Source of the DNA: Nitrosospira multiformis ATCC 25196
GTDB taxonomy: Bacteria > Pseudomonadota > Gammaproteobacteria > Burkholderiales > Nitrosomonadaceae
NCBI RefSeq assembly: GCF_000196355.1
Contig: NC_007614.1
Span: forward strand, 870,001 to 902,000
DNA length: 32,000 nucleotides
Direction of reading: 5' to 3'
In this document: piece by piece, positions 20,742-32,000 of the stretch
Position numbering within the stretch: position 1 is the first letter of the stretch
How the letters are laid out: every line of letters starts with the position of its first letter
Translations under genes and position numbers: made by a program
Notes under the pieces: model-generated
Told to the model about the DNA's origin: nothing
Databases searched by the model: none
What the model saw: the letters and a program-made list of their open reading frames with translations, nothing else

Positions 20742-21119
20742 ATGCCGACAATCAGTCAGTTAGTACGTAAGCCGCGCGCAGCGAAACCTTTGAAAAGCAA
20801 AGTTCCCGCATTGGGAAACAGCCCTCAAAAACGGGGAGTTTGCACACGGGTTTATACCACTACGCCCAAAAAACCGAATTCGGCTTTGCGCAAGGTGGCG
20901 CGCGTCCGCTTGACTAACGGCTTCGAGGTATCCAGTTATATCGGGGGAGAAGGGCACAATCTTCAGGAACACTCGGTAGTTTTGATTCGGGGCGGGCGTG
21001 TCAAGGATTTGCCGGGCGTGCGCTACCATACTGTCCGCGGCAGTCTGGATACTGCCGGAGTCAAGGATCGCAAGCAGGGACGATCGAAATACGGCGCCAA
21101 AAAGCCGAAGTCGGCTTAA
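20742..21119 (+). CDS. rpsL: 30S ribosomal protein S12
   Basis: ORF 20694..21119, with conserved start at 20742. [24 protein letters not shown]...[25 protein letters not shown]. Confidence 0.98.
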   Translation: MPTISQLVRKPRAAKPLKSKVPALGNSPQKRGVCTRVYTTTPKKPNSALRKVARVRLTNGFEVSSYIGGEGHNLQEHSVVLIRGGRVKDLPGVRYHTVRGSLDTAGVKDRKQGRSKYGAKKPKSA

Positions 21120-21205
21120 AAGCAGTTTGAATTCCTGACACAACCAGACGATTGATCGAGATTGCCCCGATAACGTAAGCCGAATAATTACGCCAAGGTT
21201 AGAAA

Positions 21206-21676
21206 ATGCCAAGACGGAGAGAAGTTCCAAAACGAGAAATTTTGCCGGACCCAAAGTACCATAATGCCGAAGTGGCGAAATTTGTCAATGTATTGATGAC
21301 GCGAGGCAAGAAATCCGTGGCAGAACGGATTATTTACGGGGCCATGGATCAGATTCATAAGAAGACGGGCAAGGATCCGGTGGAAGTATTTACGCAGGCA
21401 CTGTCCAATGTCCGTCCAATGGTGGAAGTAAAAAGCCGCCGCGTTGGCGGCGCCAACTATCAGGTTCCGGTGGAAGTCCGGTCCATTCGCCGTAACGCCC
21501 TCGCAATGAGGTGGTTACGTGATGCGGCGCGTAAAAGAGCTGAAAAATCCATGGGCGCCCGGTTGGCGGGTGAGCTGGCAGAAGCTGCCGAAGGCAGGGG
21601 TGGAGCGGTCAAGAAACGCGAGGAAGTTCATCGTATGGCCGAGGCAAACAAGGCATTTGCGCATTATCGATTCTGA
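21206..21676 (+). CDS. rpsG: 30S ribosomal protein S7
   Basis: 156 aa, [50 protein letters not shown]. Confidence 0.99.
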   Translation: MPRRREVPKREILPDPKYHNAEVAKFVNVLMTRGKKSVAERIIYGAMDQIHKKTGKDPVEVFTQALSNVRPMVEVKSRRVGGANYQVPVEVRSIRRNALAMRWLRDAARKRAEKSMGARLAGELAEAAEGRGGAVKKREEVHRMAEANKAFAHYRF

Positions 21677-21753
21677 CGGCAACAATGGGGCAGGAAGACC
21701 TGTCATCATGACCTGGTTTGCCTGATTCGGATTGAAAAATCGCTGATTTTTAG

Positions 21754-21786
21754 CTGCCGGGAGCATCGTGCCACCGGCAGTTTTCC
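21754..21786 (+). terminator. Weak hairpin before fusA (CTGCCGG...CCGGCAG-TTTTCC)
   Basis: 7-bp stem 21754-21760/21774-21780, 13-nt loop, followed by TTTT, ending about 20 nt before the fusA GTG. Confidence 0.35.
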
Positions 21787-21806
21787 AATTTTAAGGCTAG
21801 AAAACT

Positions 21807-23897
<2,091 letters not shown>

Positions 23898-23909
23898 TCG
23901 TCATCAAAT

Positions 23910-25112
23910 AAAGGGACATCATGGCAAAGAGCAAATTTGAGCGGACGAAGCCGCACATCAACGTAGGGACGATAGGTCACGTGGACCATGGGAAGACCAC
24001 GTTGACGGCGGCGATCACGATGGTATTGGCGAAGAAGTTTGGTGGGGAAGCGAAGAGTTACGCACAGATAGACTCGGCGCCTGAAGAGAAGGCGCGGGGC
24101 ATCACGATCAATACCTCGCACGTGGAGTACGAGACGGAGAAGCGGCATTACGCGCACGTTGACTGTCCTGGTCACGCGGACTATGTGAAGAACATGATCA
24201 CGGGTGCGGCGCAGATGGACGGTGCGATTCTGGTGGTTTCGGCGGCGGATGGACCGATGCCGCAGACGCGGGAGCACATTCTTCTGGCGCGGCAGGTAGG
24301 GGTTCCCTACATTATTGTCTACATGAACAAGGCGGACATGGTGGACGATGCGGAACTTCTGGAGCTGGTGGAAATGGAAGTGCGGGAGCTGTTGTCCAAA
24401 TACAACTTTCCGGGAGATGACACCCCGATAGTGATCGGTTCTGCACTGAAGGCGCTGGAAGGCGATCAGAGCGACATAGGGGAGCCCTCCATCTACAAGC
24501 TTGCGGCGGCGCTGGACAGCTACATTCCGGAGCCCCAGCGGGCGGTGGACGGGGCATTTCTGATGCCGGTCGAAGACGTTTTTTCCATATCGGGTCGTGG
24601 CACGGTGGTGACGGGTCGGGTTGAGCGTGGCGTGATCAAGGTGGGGGAAGACATCGAGATCGTGGGATTGAAGCCCACCACCAAGACGGTGTGCACGGGT
24701 GTGGAGATGTTTCGCAAGCTTCTGGACCAGGGGCAGGCGGGAGACAACGTGGGCGTATTGCTGCGGGGCACCAAGCGCGAGGAAGTGGAGCGTGGCCAGG
24801 TGCTGGCCAAGCCCGGGACCATCACTCCTCATACCAAGTTCACAGCCGAGATTTACGTTCTGAGCAAGGAAGAGGGCGGGCGTCATACTCCCTTTTTCCA
24901 GGGGTACCGGCCGCAGTTTTACTTCCGCACGACGGATGTGACGGGTGCAATCGAGTTGCCTGCGGGCACGGAGATGGTGATGCCCGGGGACAATGTGTCG
25001 GTGACGGTAAACCTGATTGCGCCGATTGCGATGGAAGAAGGTCTGCGTTTTGCGATTCGTGAAGGCGGCAGGACCGTGGGCGCAGGCGTCGTGGCAAAAA
25101 TTATCGAATAGC
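23910..25112 (+). repeat. Long direct repeat, copy 2 of 2 (tuf gene plus SD region)
   Basis: Same sequence as 5170..6372 from AAAGGGACATC to GAATAGC. Flanks are unrelated. Confidence 0.93.
23921..25111 (+). CDS. tuf: Translation elongation factor Tu (copy 2)
   Basis: 396 aa, identical to the first copy in the supplied translation. Confidence 0.99.
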   Translation: MAKSKFERTKPHINVGTIGHVDHGKTTLTAAITMVLAKKFGGEAKSYAQIDSAPEEKARGITINTSHVEYETEKRHYAHVDCPGHADYVKNMITGAAQMDGAILVVSAADGPMPQTREHILLARQVGVPYIIVYMNKADMVDDAELLELVEMEVRELLSKYNFPGDDTPIVIGSALKALEGDQSDIGEPSIYKLAAALDSYIPEPQRAVDGAFLMPVEDVFSISGRGTVVTGRVERGVIKVGEDIEIVGLKPTTKTVCTGVEMFRKLLDQGQAGDNVGVLLRGTKREEVERGQVLAKPGTITPHTKFTAEIYVLSKEEGGRHTPFFQGYRPQFYFRTTDVTGAIELPAGTEMVMPGDNVSVTVNLIAPIAMEEGLRFAIREGGRTVGAGVVAKIIE

Positions 25113-25194
25113 AACAGGATCAAGGACCGGATTTAAGATTTACGCAACGCGTGGTCGGCAATTCGGAATCCGAGTCCTCACCTGAGGTTGGATT

Positions 25195-25503
25195 ATGCAA
25201 AGTCAGAAAATACGTATTCGTTTGAAAGCGTTCGATTACCGGTTGATAGACAAATCGGCGCTGGAGATCGTGGAAACCGCAAAACGCACCGGCGCCGTCG
25301 TCAAGGGTCCGGTGCCTCTGCCAACGCGCATCGAGCGTTTTGATGTGCTTCGTTCGCCTCATGTCAACAAGACTTCACGTGATCAATTCGAAATCCGGAC
25401 TCATTTGCGGCTGATGGATATCATGGACCCAACCGATAAAACGGTGGATGCGCTAATGAAGCTGGATTTGCCTGCCGGAGTGGACGTCGAGATAAAGTTG
25501 TAG
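25195..25503 (+). CDS. rpsJ: 30S ribosomal protein S10
   Basis: 102 aa, [59 protein letters not shown]. Confidence 0.99.
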   Translation: MQSQKIRIRLKAFDYRLIDKSALEIVETAKRTGAVVKGPVPLPTRIERFDVLRSPHVNKTSRDQFEIRTHLRLMDIMDPTDKTVDALMKLDLPAGVDVEIKL

Positions 25504-25614
25504 TTTTCCAACGCAACTCCGAGTATGTTCGCAACGAATAACTCGGATTGCTGTTCAATCAACATAAATATTGCCGGTCAATTGTAATCGGCACCTTTTA
25601 GAAGGGTAATTAGA

Positions 25615-26325
25615 ATGAGTTTAGGGCTCGTCGGCCGCAAGGTCGGCATGACTCGTATTTTCACCGAAGAAGGTGATAGCCAGCCCGTTACAGTGCTGGA
25701 CGTGTCTAATAATCGTGTCACACAGATCAAGACGCCAGCCACCGATGGGTATTCTGCCGTGCAAGTTACGTTCGGCAAGCGTCGAGCCATTCGTGTAAAC
25801 AAACCTTCGGCCGGGCATTTTGCCAAGGCAGCTGTAGAGGCGGGAGAGATCCTGAGAGAATTTCGCGTCGCGGAAGAAATCCTTGGAACCCTCAGTCCCG
25901 GCACAGTTATCGGATTGGATATTTTTCAGCCGGGGCAGAGAGTGGATGTAACCGGTACCTCGATCGGAAAGGGCTATGCCGGTGCCATCAAACGCCACGG
26001 CTTCGCCTCCAACCGGGCGAGTCACGGCAACTCACGGTCTCATAATGTTCCGGGTTCCATCGGCATGGCCCAGGATCCCGGACGTGTCTTCCCCGGAAAG
26101 CGTATGACCGGTCATCTGGGAAATGTGAGGCGCACCATTCAAAATCTGGAAATACTGCGAATTGATGCCGAGCGTGGACTGTTGATCATCAAAGGCGCTA
26201 TTCCCGGATCGAAGGGGGGAGACGTGACAGTTTCGCCCAGTATTAGATCTGCAAGGCCGACCAATAACGGCAATGTCAATGCCGCGGCAAAAGGCGGCGC
26301 GAAATCTGGCAAGAAGGGTGGATAA
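25615..26325 (+). CDS. rplC: 50S ribosomal protein L3
   Basis: 236 aa, [30 protein letters not shown]...[37 protein letters not shown]. Confidence 0.98.
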
Positions 26326-26945
26326 TGGAACTTAAACTGATCGACTATAATGGGCAGTCGTCTGCAAGCGTTTCAGCTTCCGAAACCCTGTTTGGCCGGG
26401 AGTATAATGAAGCCCTCGTTCACCAGGTGGTAACAGCCTATCTTGCCAATGCACGCAGCGCCAACAGAGCGCAAAAGGCTCGATCGGATGTTGCCAAATC
26501 GACTCGCAAGCCTTGGCGGCAGAAGGGTACGGGACGCGCCCGCGCCGGTATGGCGTCAAGCCCTTTATGGCGGGGTGGAGGAAAAATATTTCCCAACAGC
26601 CCGGAGGAGAATTTCAGCCATAAAGTCAATCGCAAGATGTATCGCGCGGGTATCGGCGCAATTCTCTCGCAACTCGTTCGTGAAAATCGACTGTCGGTAG
26701 TGGAAAATTTTATTGTTGATGCACCGAAGACGAAGATATTGGCACAGAAGTTGAAAGATATGGGGCTGGATCAAGTCATGATCATTACAGATAACATTGA
26801 CGAGAATCTTTATCTCTCGTCAAGAAATCTTCCGCTCGTCAAGGTTGTCGAAGCGGGGTATGCTGATCCAGTCAGTCTCATGCGCTTCGCAAATGTACTG
26901 ATCACGCGTAATGCGCTGGCAAAAATGGAGGAGGCACTTGCATGA
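26325..26945 (+). CDS. rplD: 50S ribosomal protein L4
   Basis: 206 aa with [40 protein letters not shown]. Confidence 0.98.
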
Positions 26946-27277
26946 GCGGTCAAACATTCAACCCTGAGCGCCTGATGCAGGTGATATTATCGCCTCAGAT
27001 ATCGGAAAAAGCGACGTTTATAGGCGAAAAACACAATCAGATTATCTTTCGCGTGGCTCCAGATGCAACTAAGCCTGAAGTCAAAGCCGCAGTGGAGTTG
27101 ATATGGAAGAATCAAAAGGTTGAAGTGGAAAGCGTGCGCATATCCAATGTCAAAGGCAAGGAAAAGCGTTTTGGCCGCTTCATGGGGCGGCGCGGTGGCT
27201 GGAAGAAGGCTTACATCAGCATCAAAGCCGGCCAGGAAATCAATTTTTCTGAAATTTCTCAAGGAGAGGTCAAGTAA
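26942..27277 (+). CDS. rplW: 50S ribosomal protein L23
   Basis: 111 aa with [42 protein letters not shown] overlap with rplD. Confidence 0.96.
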
Positions 27278-28110
27278 TGGCGCTGGTTAAAGTCAAACCG
27301 ACCTCTCCGGGTCGTCGGGCGGTAGTCAAAGTCGTCAATGCCGGCCTGCACAAGGGTGCACCTTATCCGCATCTCGTGGAGAAGCAGAATCGTACTGCCG
27401 GACGTAACAATAAGGGACAAATCACTACTCGCCACATAGGCGGTGGTCACAAGCAGCATTACCGCATCGTGGATTTCCGCCGTAACAAGGATGGAATCGC
27501 GGCCAGAGTGGAACGGTTGGAATATGATCCGAACCGCAGCGCGAATCTTGCACTTCTCTGCTATTCCGATGGTGAACGCCGCTATGTTATTGCGCCAAAA
27601 GGTATCGTTCCGGGCATGCAACTGATGAGCGGCGCAGATGCGCCTATAAAGAACGGCAATGCATTGCCGCTACGTAATATCCCGGTCGGCAGCATCATTC
27701 ACTGCGTGGAAATGATGCCGGGTAAAGGCGCGCAACTTGCTCGTTCAGCCGGAGCCTCGGTTCAACTTCTCGCCCGCGAGGGAGATTATGCCCAGTTGCG
27801 CCTGCGCTCGGGGGAAATCCGCAGGGTACACGTGAACTGCCGGGCGACGATCGGGGAAGTCGGAAATGAGGAACATAACCTGCGAGCTATCGGCAAGGCA
27901 GGAGCCCAGCGGTGGCGCGGCATCAGGCCAACGGTGCGTGGGGTGGCGATGAATCCGATAGACCATCCGCATGGCGGGGGTGAAGGTAAAACAGCGGCGG
28001 GACGTCATCCTGTCAGTCCATGGGGAACGCCTTCCAAGGGTTTCCGCACGCGGGTAAACAAGCGTACCGACGGCATGATCGTGCGACGTCGTTATTCAAA
28101 CAAGGGATAA
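27277..28110 (+). CDS. rplB: 50S ribosomal protein L2
   Basis: 277 aa with [60 protein letters not shown]. Confidence 0.99.
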   Translation: MALVKVKPTSPGRRAVVKVVNAGLHKGAPYPHLVEKQNRTAGRNNKGQITTRHIGGGHKQHYRIVDFRRNKDGIAARVERLEYDPNRSANLALLCYSDGERRYVIAPKGIVPGMQLMSGADAPIKNGNALPLRNIPVGSIIHCVEMMPGKGAQLARSAGASVQLLAREGDYAQLRLRSGEIRRVHVNCRATIGEVGNEEHNLRAIGKAGAQRWRGIRPTVRGVAMNPIDHPHGGGEGKTAAGRHPVSPWGTPSKGFRTRVNKRTDGMIVRRRYSNKG

Positions 28111-28116
28111 TGAATC

Positions 28117-28398
28117 ATGGCTCGTTCTATAAAGAAAGGCCCATTTGTTGATTTGCACCTCCTGTCCAAAGTGGAGGCCGCGCGTGAAGCCAATGACAAG
28201 CGACCTATCAAGACCTGGTCGCGTCGCTCCACGGTATTGCCGGATTTCATTGGCTTGACGATCGCCGTGCATAACGGGAAGCAGCACGTTCCAGTATATG
28301 TTACTGAGAACATGGTTGGGCACAAGCTCGGCGAGTTTTCTCATACACGTACTTTCAAGGGACATTCCGGCGATAGAAAAGCGGCTGGAAGGAAATAG
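28117..28398 (+). CDS. rpsS: 30S ribosomal protein S19
   Basis: 93 aa, [20 protein letters not shown]...[42 protein letters not shown]. Confidence 0.99.
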
Positions 28399-28409
28399 GA
28401 ATAATCACC

Positions 28410-28757
28410 ATGGAAACAACTGCTGTATTGCGTGGAGTCAGGTTGTCCGAGCAGAAAGGCCGGCTCGTTGCGGATCAGATCCGTGGATTGCCGGTGGAGC
28501 GCGCGCTCAACCTGCTTGCGTTCAGTCCGAAAAAGGCTGCGGTCATTATTCGTAAGCTTCTCGAATCAGCCATTGCAAATGCCGAGCATAACGAGGGGGC
28601 TGACATAGACGAGTTGAAGGTGTCCAGGATATATGTCGACAGGGGACCATCGCTCATGCGTACCAGTGCGCGCGCCAAGGGGCGGGGCAATCGCATTGTC
28701 AAGCCAACTTGTCACATTCTTCTTACTGTTGGCGATAAAGCCAGCAACAAAAAATAA
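28410..28757 (+). CDS. rplV: 50S ribosomal protein L22
   Basis: 115 aa, [44 protein letters not shown]. Confidence 0.97.
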   Translation: METTAVLRGVRLSEQKGRLVADQIRGLPVERALNLLAFSPKKAAVIIRKLLESAIANAEHNEGADIDELKVSRIYVDRGPSLMRTSARAKGRGNRIVKPTCHILLTVGDKASNKK

Positions 28758-28772
28758 GGCTGAACGGGCATT

Positions 28773-29633
28773 ATGGGACAAAAAATACATCCGACAGGTT
28801 TTCGGCTTTCCGTCCTGAAGAACTGGTCATCCAAATGGTATGCCAACGGAAAAAGTTTTCCTGGCATGCTGAACGAAGACATCAAGGTTCGGGAATATTT
28901 GAAAAAGAAACTGGCGCATGCGTCTGTCGGTCGCGTGGTTATCGAACGGCCATCGAAGAATGCGCGTATCACGATCTACAGTTCACGCCCAGGGGTGGTG
29001 ATAGGCAAGAAAGGTGAAGATATCGAAGTTTTGCGGGGAGCGCTGCAAAAGCTCATGGGTGTTCCGGTGCATGTAAATATCGAAGAAATCCGCAAACCGG
29101 AAATTGATGCACAGCTGATTGCCGACAACATCGCCCAGCAACTGGAAAAGCGCATTATGTTCCGTCGTGCAATGAAGCGTGCCATGCAGAATGCGATGCG
29201 CCTGGGTGCTCAGGGTATCAAGATCATGAGTTCGGGCCGCTTGAACGGCATTGAAATTGCCCGTACCGAATGGTATCGGGAAGGACGTGTGCCCCTTCAT
29301 ACGCTGCGGGCCGATCTCGATTACGGCGTCTCGGAGGCCAAGACAACTTATGGCGTGATCGGGATCAAGGTCTGGGTATTCAAGGGTGAAGTGATAGGTC
29401 GAGGTGAGCAGGCCGGCGCGGGTACAGCCGCTCCGCAGGTGCTTCCCCCGGCCGGAGAACCGGAAACTAGGCGTCCGCCGCGCAGGCCAGCGGGAAGGGC
29501 AGATGCCAGATCGGACGGGAAAGCTGGTGAAAAGAAAGGTCCCAGAAAGTCTGACAACAGTTCTGAAGAGTCCGCCACAAAACCGGCAAAGAAGCCAGTA
29601 AAGCCAGGAGTGAACGATGCAGCAGCCAGCTAG
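28773..29633 (+). CDS. rpsC: 30S ribosomal protein S3 with extended C-terminal tail
   Basis: 286 aa, [24 protein letters not shown]...[15 protein letters not shown], followed by a low-complexity basic/Pro-rich tail. Confidence 0.98.
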   Translation: MGQKIHPTGFRLSVLKNWSSKWYANGKSFPGMLNEDIKVREYLKKKLAHASVGRVVIERPSKNARITIYSSRPGVVIGKKGEDIEVLRGALQKLMGVPVHVNIEEIRKPEIDAQLIADNIAQQLEKRIMFRRAMKRAMQNAMRLGAQGIKIMSSGRLNGIEIARTEWYREGRVPLHTLRADLDYGVSEAKTTYGVIGIKVWVFKGEVIGRGEQAGAGTAAPQVLPPAGEPETRRPPRRPAGRADARSDGKAGEKKGPRKSDNSSEESATKPAKKPVKPGVNDAAAS

Positions 29634-30033
29634 AACAAAATATCGCAAGCAGCAAAAAGGGCGGAACAAAGGCATTGCAACCAGGGGTGCCAAGGTCAGT
29701 TTTGGCGAATACGGTCTCAAGGCCGTGGGACGGGGGCGTTTGACAGCCCGGCAGATCGAAGCCGCACGACGTGCGATGACTCGTCATATAAAACGGGGCG
29801 GCCGTATATGGATTCGTATTTTTCCGGACAAGCCAATTTCGCATAAACCCGCCGAAGTCAGGATGGGGAACGGAAAAGGTAATCCGGAGTATTTTGTGGC
29901 AGAGATTCAGCCAGGCAAAGTGTTATATGAAATGGATGGCGTCGATGAGGTGTTGGCCCGGCAGGCATTCCGTCTCGCAGCTGCCAAACTTCCGATCCTG
30001 ACAACCTTTGTTGTACGACAAGTGGGCGGTTAA
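29617..30033 (+). CDS. rplP: 50S ribosomal protein L16
   Basis: 138 aa, [37 protein letters not shown]. It overlaps the rpsC 3' end by 17 nt. Confidence 0.98.
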   Translation: MQQPARTKYRKQQKGRNKGIATRGAKVSFGEYGLKAVGRGRLTARQIEAARRAMTRHIKRGGRIWIRIFPDKPISHKPAEVRMGNGKGNPEYFVAEIQPGKVLYEMDGVDEVLARQAFRLAAAKLPILTTFVVRQVGG

Positions 30034-30035
30034 TC

Positions 30036-30236
30036 ATGAAATCCAGAGCCAAGGAATTGAGAAACAAGAATCCAGTGGAATTGCAGCAGGAGTTGCTGGA
30101 ACTGCTAAGGGCGCAGTTTGGCCTGCGGATGCAGCATGCAACCCAGCAGTTAAGCAATACTTCCCAACTGAGCAATATTCGGCGGGACATAGCGCGTACC
30201 AGAACCATTCTTAGCCAGAAGGCAAGGCAGTCATGA
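30036..30236 (+). CDS. rpmC: 50S ribosomal protein L29
   Basis: 66 aa, [59 protein letters not shown]. Confidence 0.96.
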   Translation: MKSRAKELRNKNPVELQQELLELLRAQFGLRMQHATQQLSNTSQLSNIRRDIARTRTILSQKARQS

Positions 30237-30499
30237 GCGAAGCGAATTTAAATCGTACTCTTAGCGGAAAAGTGGTAAGCGATAAAATGAATAAGACCAT
30301 TACTGTTCTGGTTGAACGTAAGGTCAAACATCCGCTTTACGGAAAGATTATGGTTCGCTCCAAAAAATATCATGTTCATGACGAAGCCAATGAGTTCCAC
30401 ACTGGAGATGTGGTGGTGATAGAAGAGTGTCGTCCATTATCCAAAACAAAAGCCTGGCGTGTCGTCAAGTTGATGCAAAAAGCCGAACAGGTGAGTTGA
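30233..30499 (+). CDS. rpsQ: 30S ribosomal protein S17
   Basis: 88 aa, [48 protein letters not shown] overlap with rpmC. Confidence 0.98.
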   Translation: MSEANLNRTLSGKVVSDKMNKTITVLVERKVKHPLYGKIMVRSKKYHVHDEANEFHTGDVVVIEECRPLSKTKAWRVVKLMQKAEQVS

Positions 30500-30520
30500 T
30501 TAAGAGGAAAACCGGCTGTT

Positions 30521-30542
30521 GGAAGTTTTCTTCCTTGTTTTT
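30521..30542 (+). terminator. Candidate short terminator after rpsQ (GGAAG-TTTT-CTTCC-TTGTTTTT)
   Basis: 5-bp stem 30521-30534 followed by a T-rich tract. Alternative pairing with upstream GAAAAC/GTTTTC is possible. Confidence 0.4.
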
Positions 30543-30563
30543 GTAATCCGGTTGCCTTATAAT
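30535..30563 (+). promoter_or_regulatory. Candidate spc-operon promoter upstream of rplN: TTGTTT-17 bp-TATAAT
   Basis: Perfect TATAAT at 30558-30563 with TTGTTT at 30535-30540, in the 197-bp rpsQ-rplN gap, where the classical S10/spc boundary lies. Confidence 0.6.
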
Positions 30564-30696
30564 TCTGCCTCTTCATTTTTCAGATACCTTAATTTTTTTG
30601 CAGCCGGTAGATTCTGGCGGCATCACAACCCAGACGGGTTCCAATACTATCCTAGCCTTTGATTCGGCTGGAAAAGTTGGAGAGAGTGAGTAAATC

Positions 30697-31065
30697 ATGA
30701 TCCAAATGCAATCGATTCTGCAAGTCGCCGACAATACCGGCGCACGGTCGCTCATGTGCATAAAGGTATTAGGCGGTTCCAAGCGACGTTATGCGGGTAT
30801 TGGCGATATTATAAAAGTCAGCGTAAAGGACGTGGCGCCTCGCGGTCGCGTCAAAAAGGGTGAAGTGTACAATGCAGTCGTGGTACGAACTTCGAAAGGA
30901 GTGCGTCGTGCGGATGGATCATTAATCAAGTTCGACGGCAACGCCGCGGTACTGTTGAATGCCAAGCTGGAACCAATCGGCACGCGTATTTTTGGTCCCG
31001 TCACACGTGAGTTGCGTACCGCACGTTTCATGAAAATTGTTTCGCTCGCCCCTGAAGTACTGTAG
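30697..31065 (+). CDS. rplN: 50S ribosomal protein L14
   Basis: 122 aa, [55 protein letters not shown]. Confidence 0.99.
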   Translation: MIQMQSILQVADNTGARSLMCIKVLGGSKRRYAGIGDIIKVSVKDVAPRGRVKKGEVYNAVVVRTSKGVRRADGSLIKFDGNAAVLLNAKLEPIGTRIFGPVTRELRTARFMKIVSLAPEVL

Positions 31066-31087
31066 GACGCGGGATAAGGAATCAAAC

Positions 31088-31405
31088 ATGAGCAAAATAA
31101 AGAAGGGAGATGACGTAATTGTCATCGCCGGCAAGGACAAGGGTAAACGTGGCACGGTGTTGCGTGTCATGAAGCCGGATCTTGTGGTCGTTGAAGGTGT
31201 CAATCGCCTCAAGAAACATCAGAGACCCAATCCGAATAAAGGCGACACGGGTGGAATCGTCGAAATGGATAGCCCTATACAGGTTTCAAACATCGCAATC
31301 TACAATCCCGCAACCCGGAAGGCAGATCGGATAGGTTTCAAAACCGTAGAAGGAAAAGGCAAGGCCCGCTGCTTCAGGTCGAATGAAGAACTGATCGATG
31401 CCTAA
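31088..31405 (+). CDS. rplX: 50S ribosomal protein L24
   Basis: ORF 31037..31405, with start ATG at 31088. [45 protein letters not shown]. Confidence 0.97.
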   Translation: MSKIKKGDDVIVIAGKDKGKRGTVLRVMKPDLVVVEGVNRLKKHQRPNPNKGDTGGIVEMDSPIQVSNIAIYNPATRKADRIGFKTVEGKGKARCFRSNEELIDA

Positions 31406-31422
31406 GGGTTAGGGGAAAACAC

Positions 31423-31962
31423 ATGGCGCGTTTACAAGAGTATTACCGTAGCACCGTAGTCCAGCAGTTAATGGAGCAATTCGGCTATAAGTCTGTGATG
31501 GAGGTGCCGCGCATTCGCAAAATCACCCTCAATATGGGTGTGGGCGAGGCGGTCGCGGACAAAAAAATCATGGATAACGCTGTGGGTGACATGCAGAAGA
31601 TTGCAGGCCAGAAGCCTGTGGTGACGAAAGCGAGAAAATCCATTGCCACTTTCAAGGTTCGTGATGGCTATCCGGTAGGTTGCATGGTTACGCTGCGCCG
31701 CGTTCGCATGTACGAATTCCTCGACCGTCTGGTAAATATCGCTATACCGCGTATTCGTGACTTTCGCGGTATTTCCGGTAGATCCTTCGATGGACGCGGC
31801 AATTATAATATGGGTATAAAGGAGCAGATCATTTTCCCGGAGATCGAATATGACAAAATCGATGCCTTGCGGGGGATGAACATCACGATTACCACGACTG
31901 CAAAGACAGATGCGGAAGCAAAGGCATTGCTGGCAGCATTCAAATTTCCATTTAAAAACTGA
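31423..31962 (+). CDS. rplE: 50S ribosomal protein L5
   Basis: 179 aa, [48 protein letters not shown]...[30 protein letters not shown]. Confidence 0.99.
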   Translation: MARLQEYYRSTVVQQLMEQFGYKSVMEVPRIRKITLNMGVGEAVADKKIMDNAVGDMQKIAGQKPVVTKARKSIATFKVRDGYPVGCMVTLRRVRMYEFLDRLVNIAIPRIRDFRGISGRSFDGRGNYNMGIKEQIIFPEIEYDKIDALRGMNITITTTAKTDAEAKALLAAFKFPFKN

Positions 31963-31968
31963 GGGAGC

Positions 31969-32000
31969 ATGGCTAAGGTAGCTGTTATTAACCGTGATCT
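31969..32000 (+). CDS. rpsN: 30S ribosomal protein S14, N-terminus only (truncated at window end)
   Basis: ATG at 31969 after GGGAG, reading MAKVAVINRD. Its position immediately downstream of rplE matches spc operon order. Confidence 0.85.
   Translation, partial: MAKVAVINRD

Overview
This 32 kb window is conserved core chromosome. It is dominated by the tRNA-tufB, rplKAJL-rpoBC (beta), str, S10 and start-of-spc translation/transcription clusters of a Gram-negative bacterium. Protein style and gene order suggest a betaproteobacterium, possibly close to Nitrosospira/Nitrosomonadaceae; that is inference only. Left to right: partial pepA (-), ogt-like methyltransferase, xerD, glycine-zipper/OmpA lipoprotein, DUF454/YbaN protein (-), periplasmic FKBP PPIase, tRNA-Tyr, tRNA-Gly, tRNA-Thr, tuf copy 1, tRNA-Trp, secE, nusG, rplK, rplA, rplJ, rplL, rpoB, rpoC, a class-III aminotransferase, rpsL, rpsG, fusA, tuf copy 2, rpsJ, rplC, rplD, rplW, rplB, rpsS, rplV, rpsC, rplP, rpmC, rpsQ, rplN, rplX, rplE, partial rpsN. 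I found no mobile element, CRISPR array, phage, or clearly novel defence or biosynthetic system. The observations most worth following up are: the class-III aminotransferase between rpoC and rpsL; the apparently identical ~1203 bp tuf direct repeats about 18.7 kb apart; a structured rplJ leader with a long-range closing stem; the rplJ TTG start overlapped by an 11-codon ORF; the rplL-rpoB hairpin; the near-consensus promoter for the str cluster; and the long hydrophilic C-terminal tail of S3.
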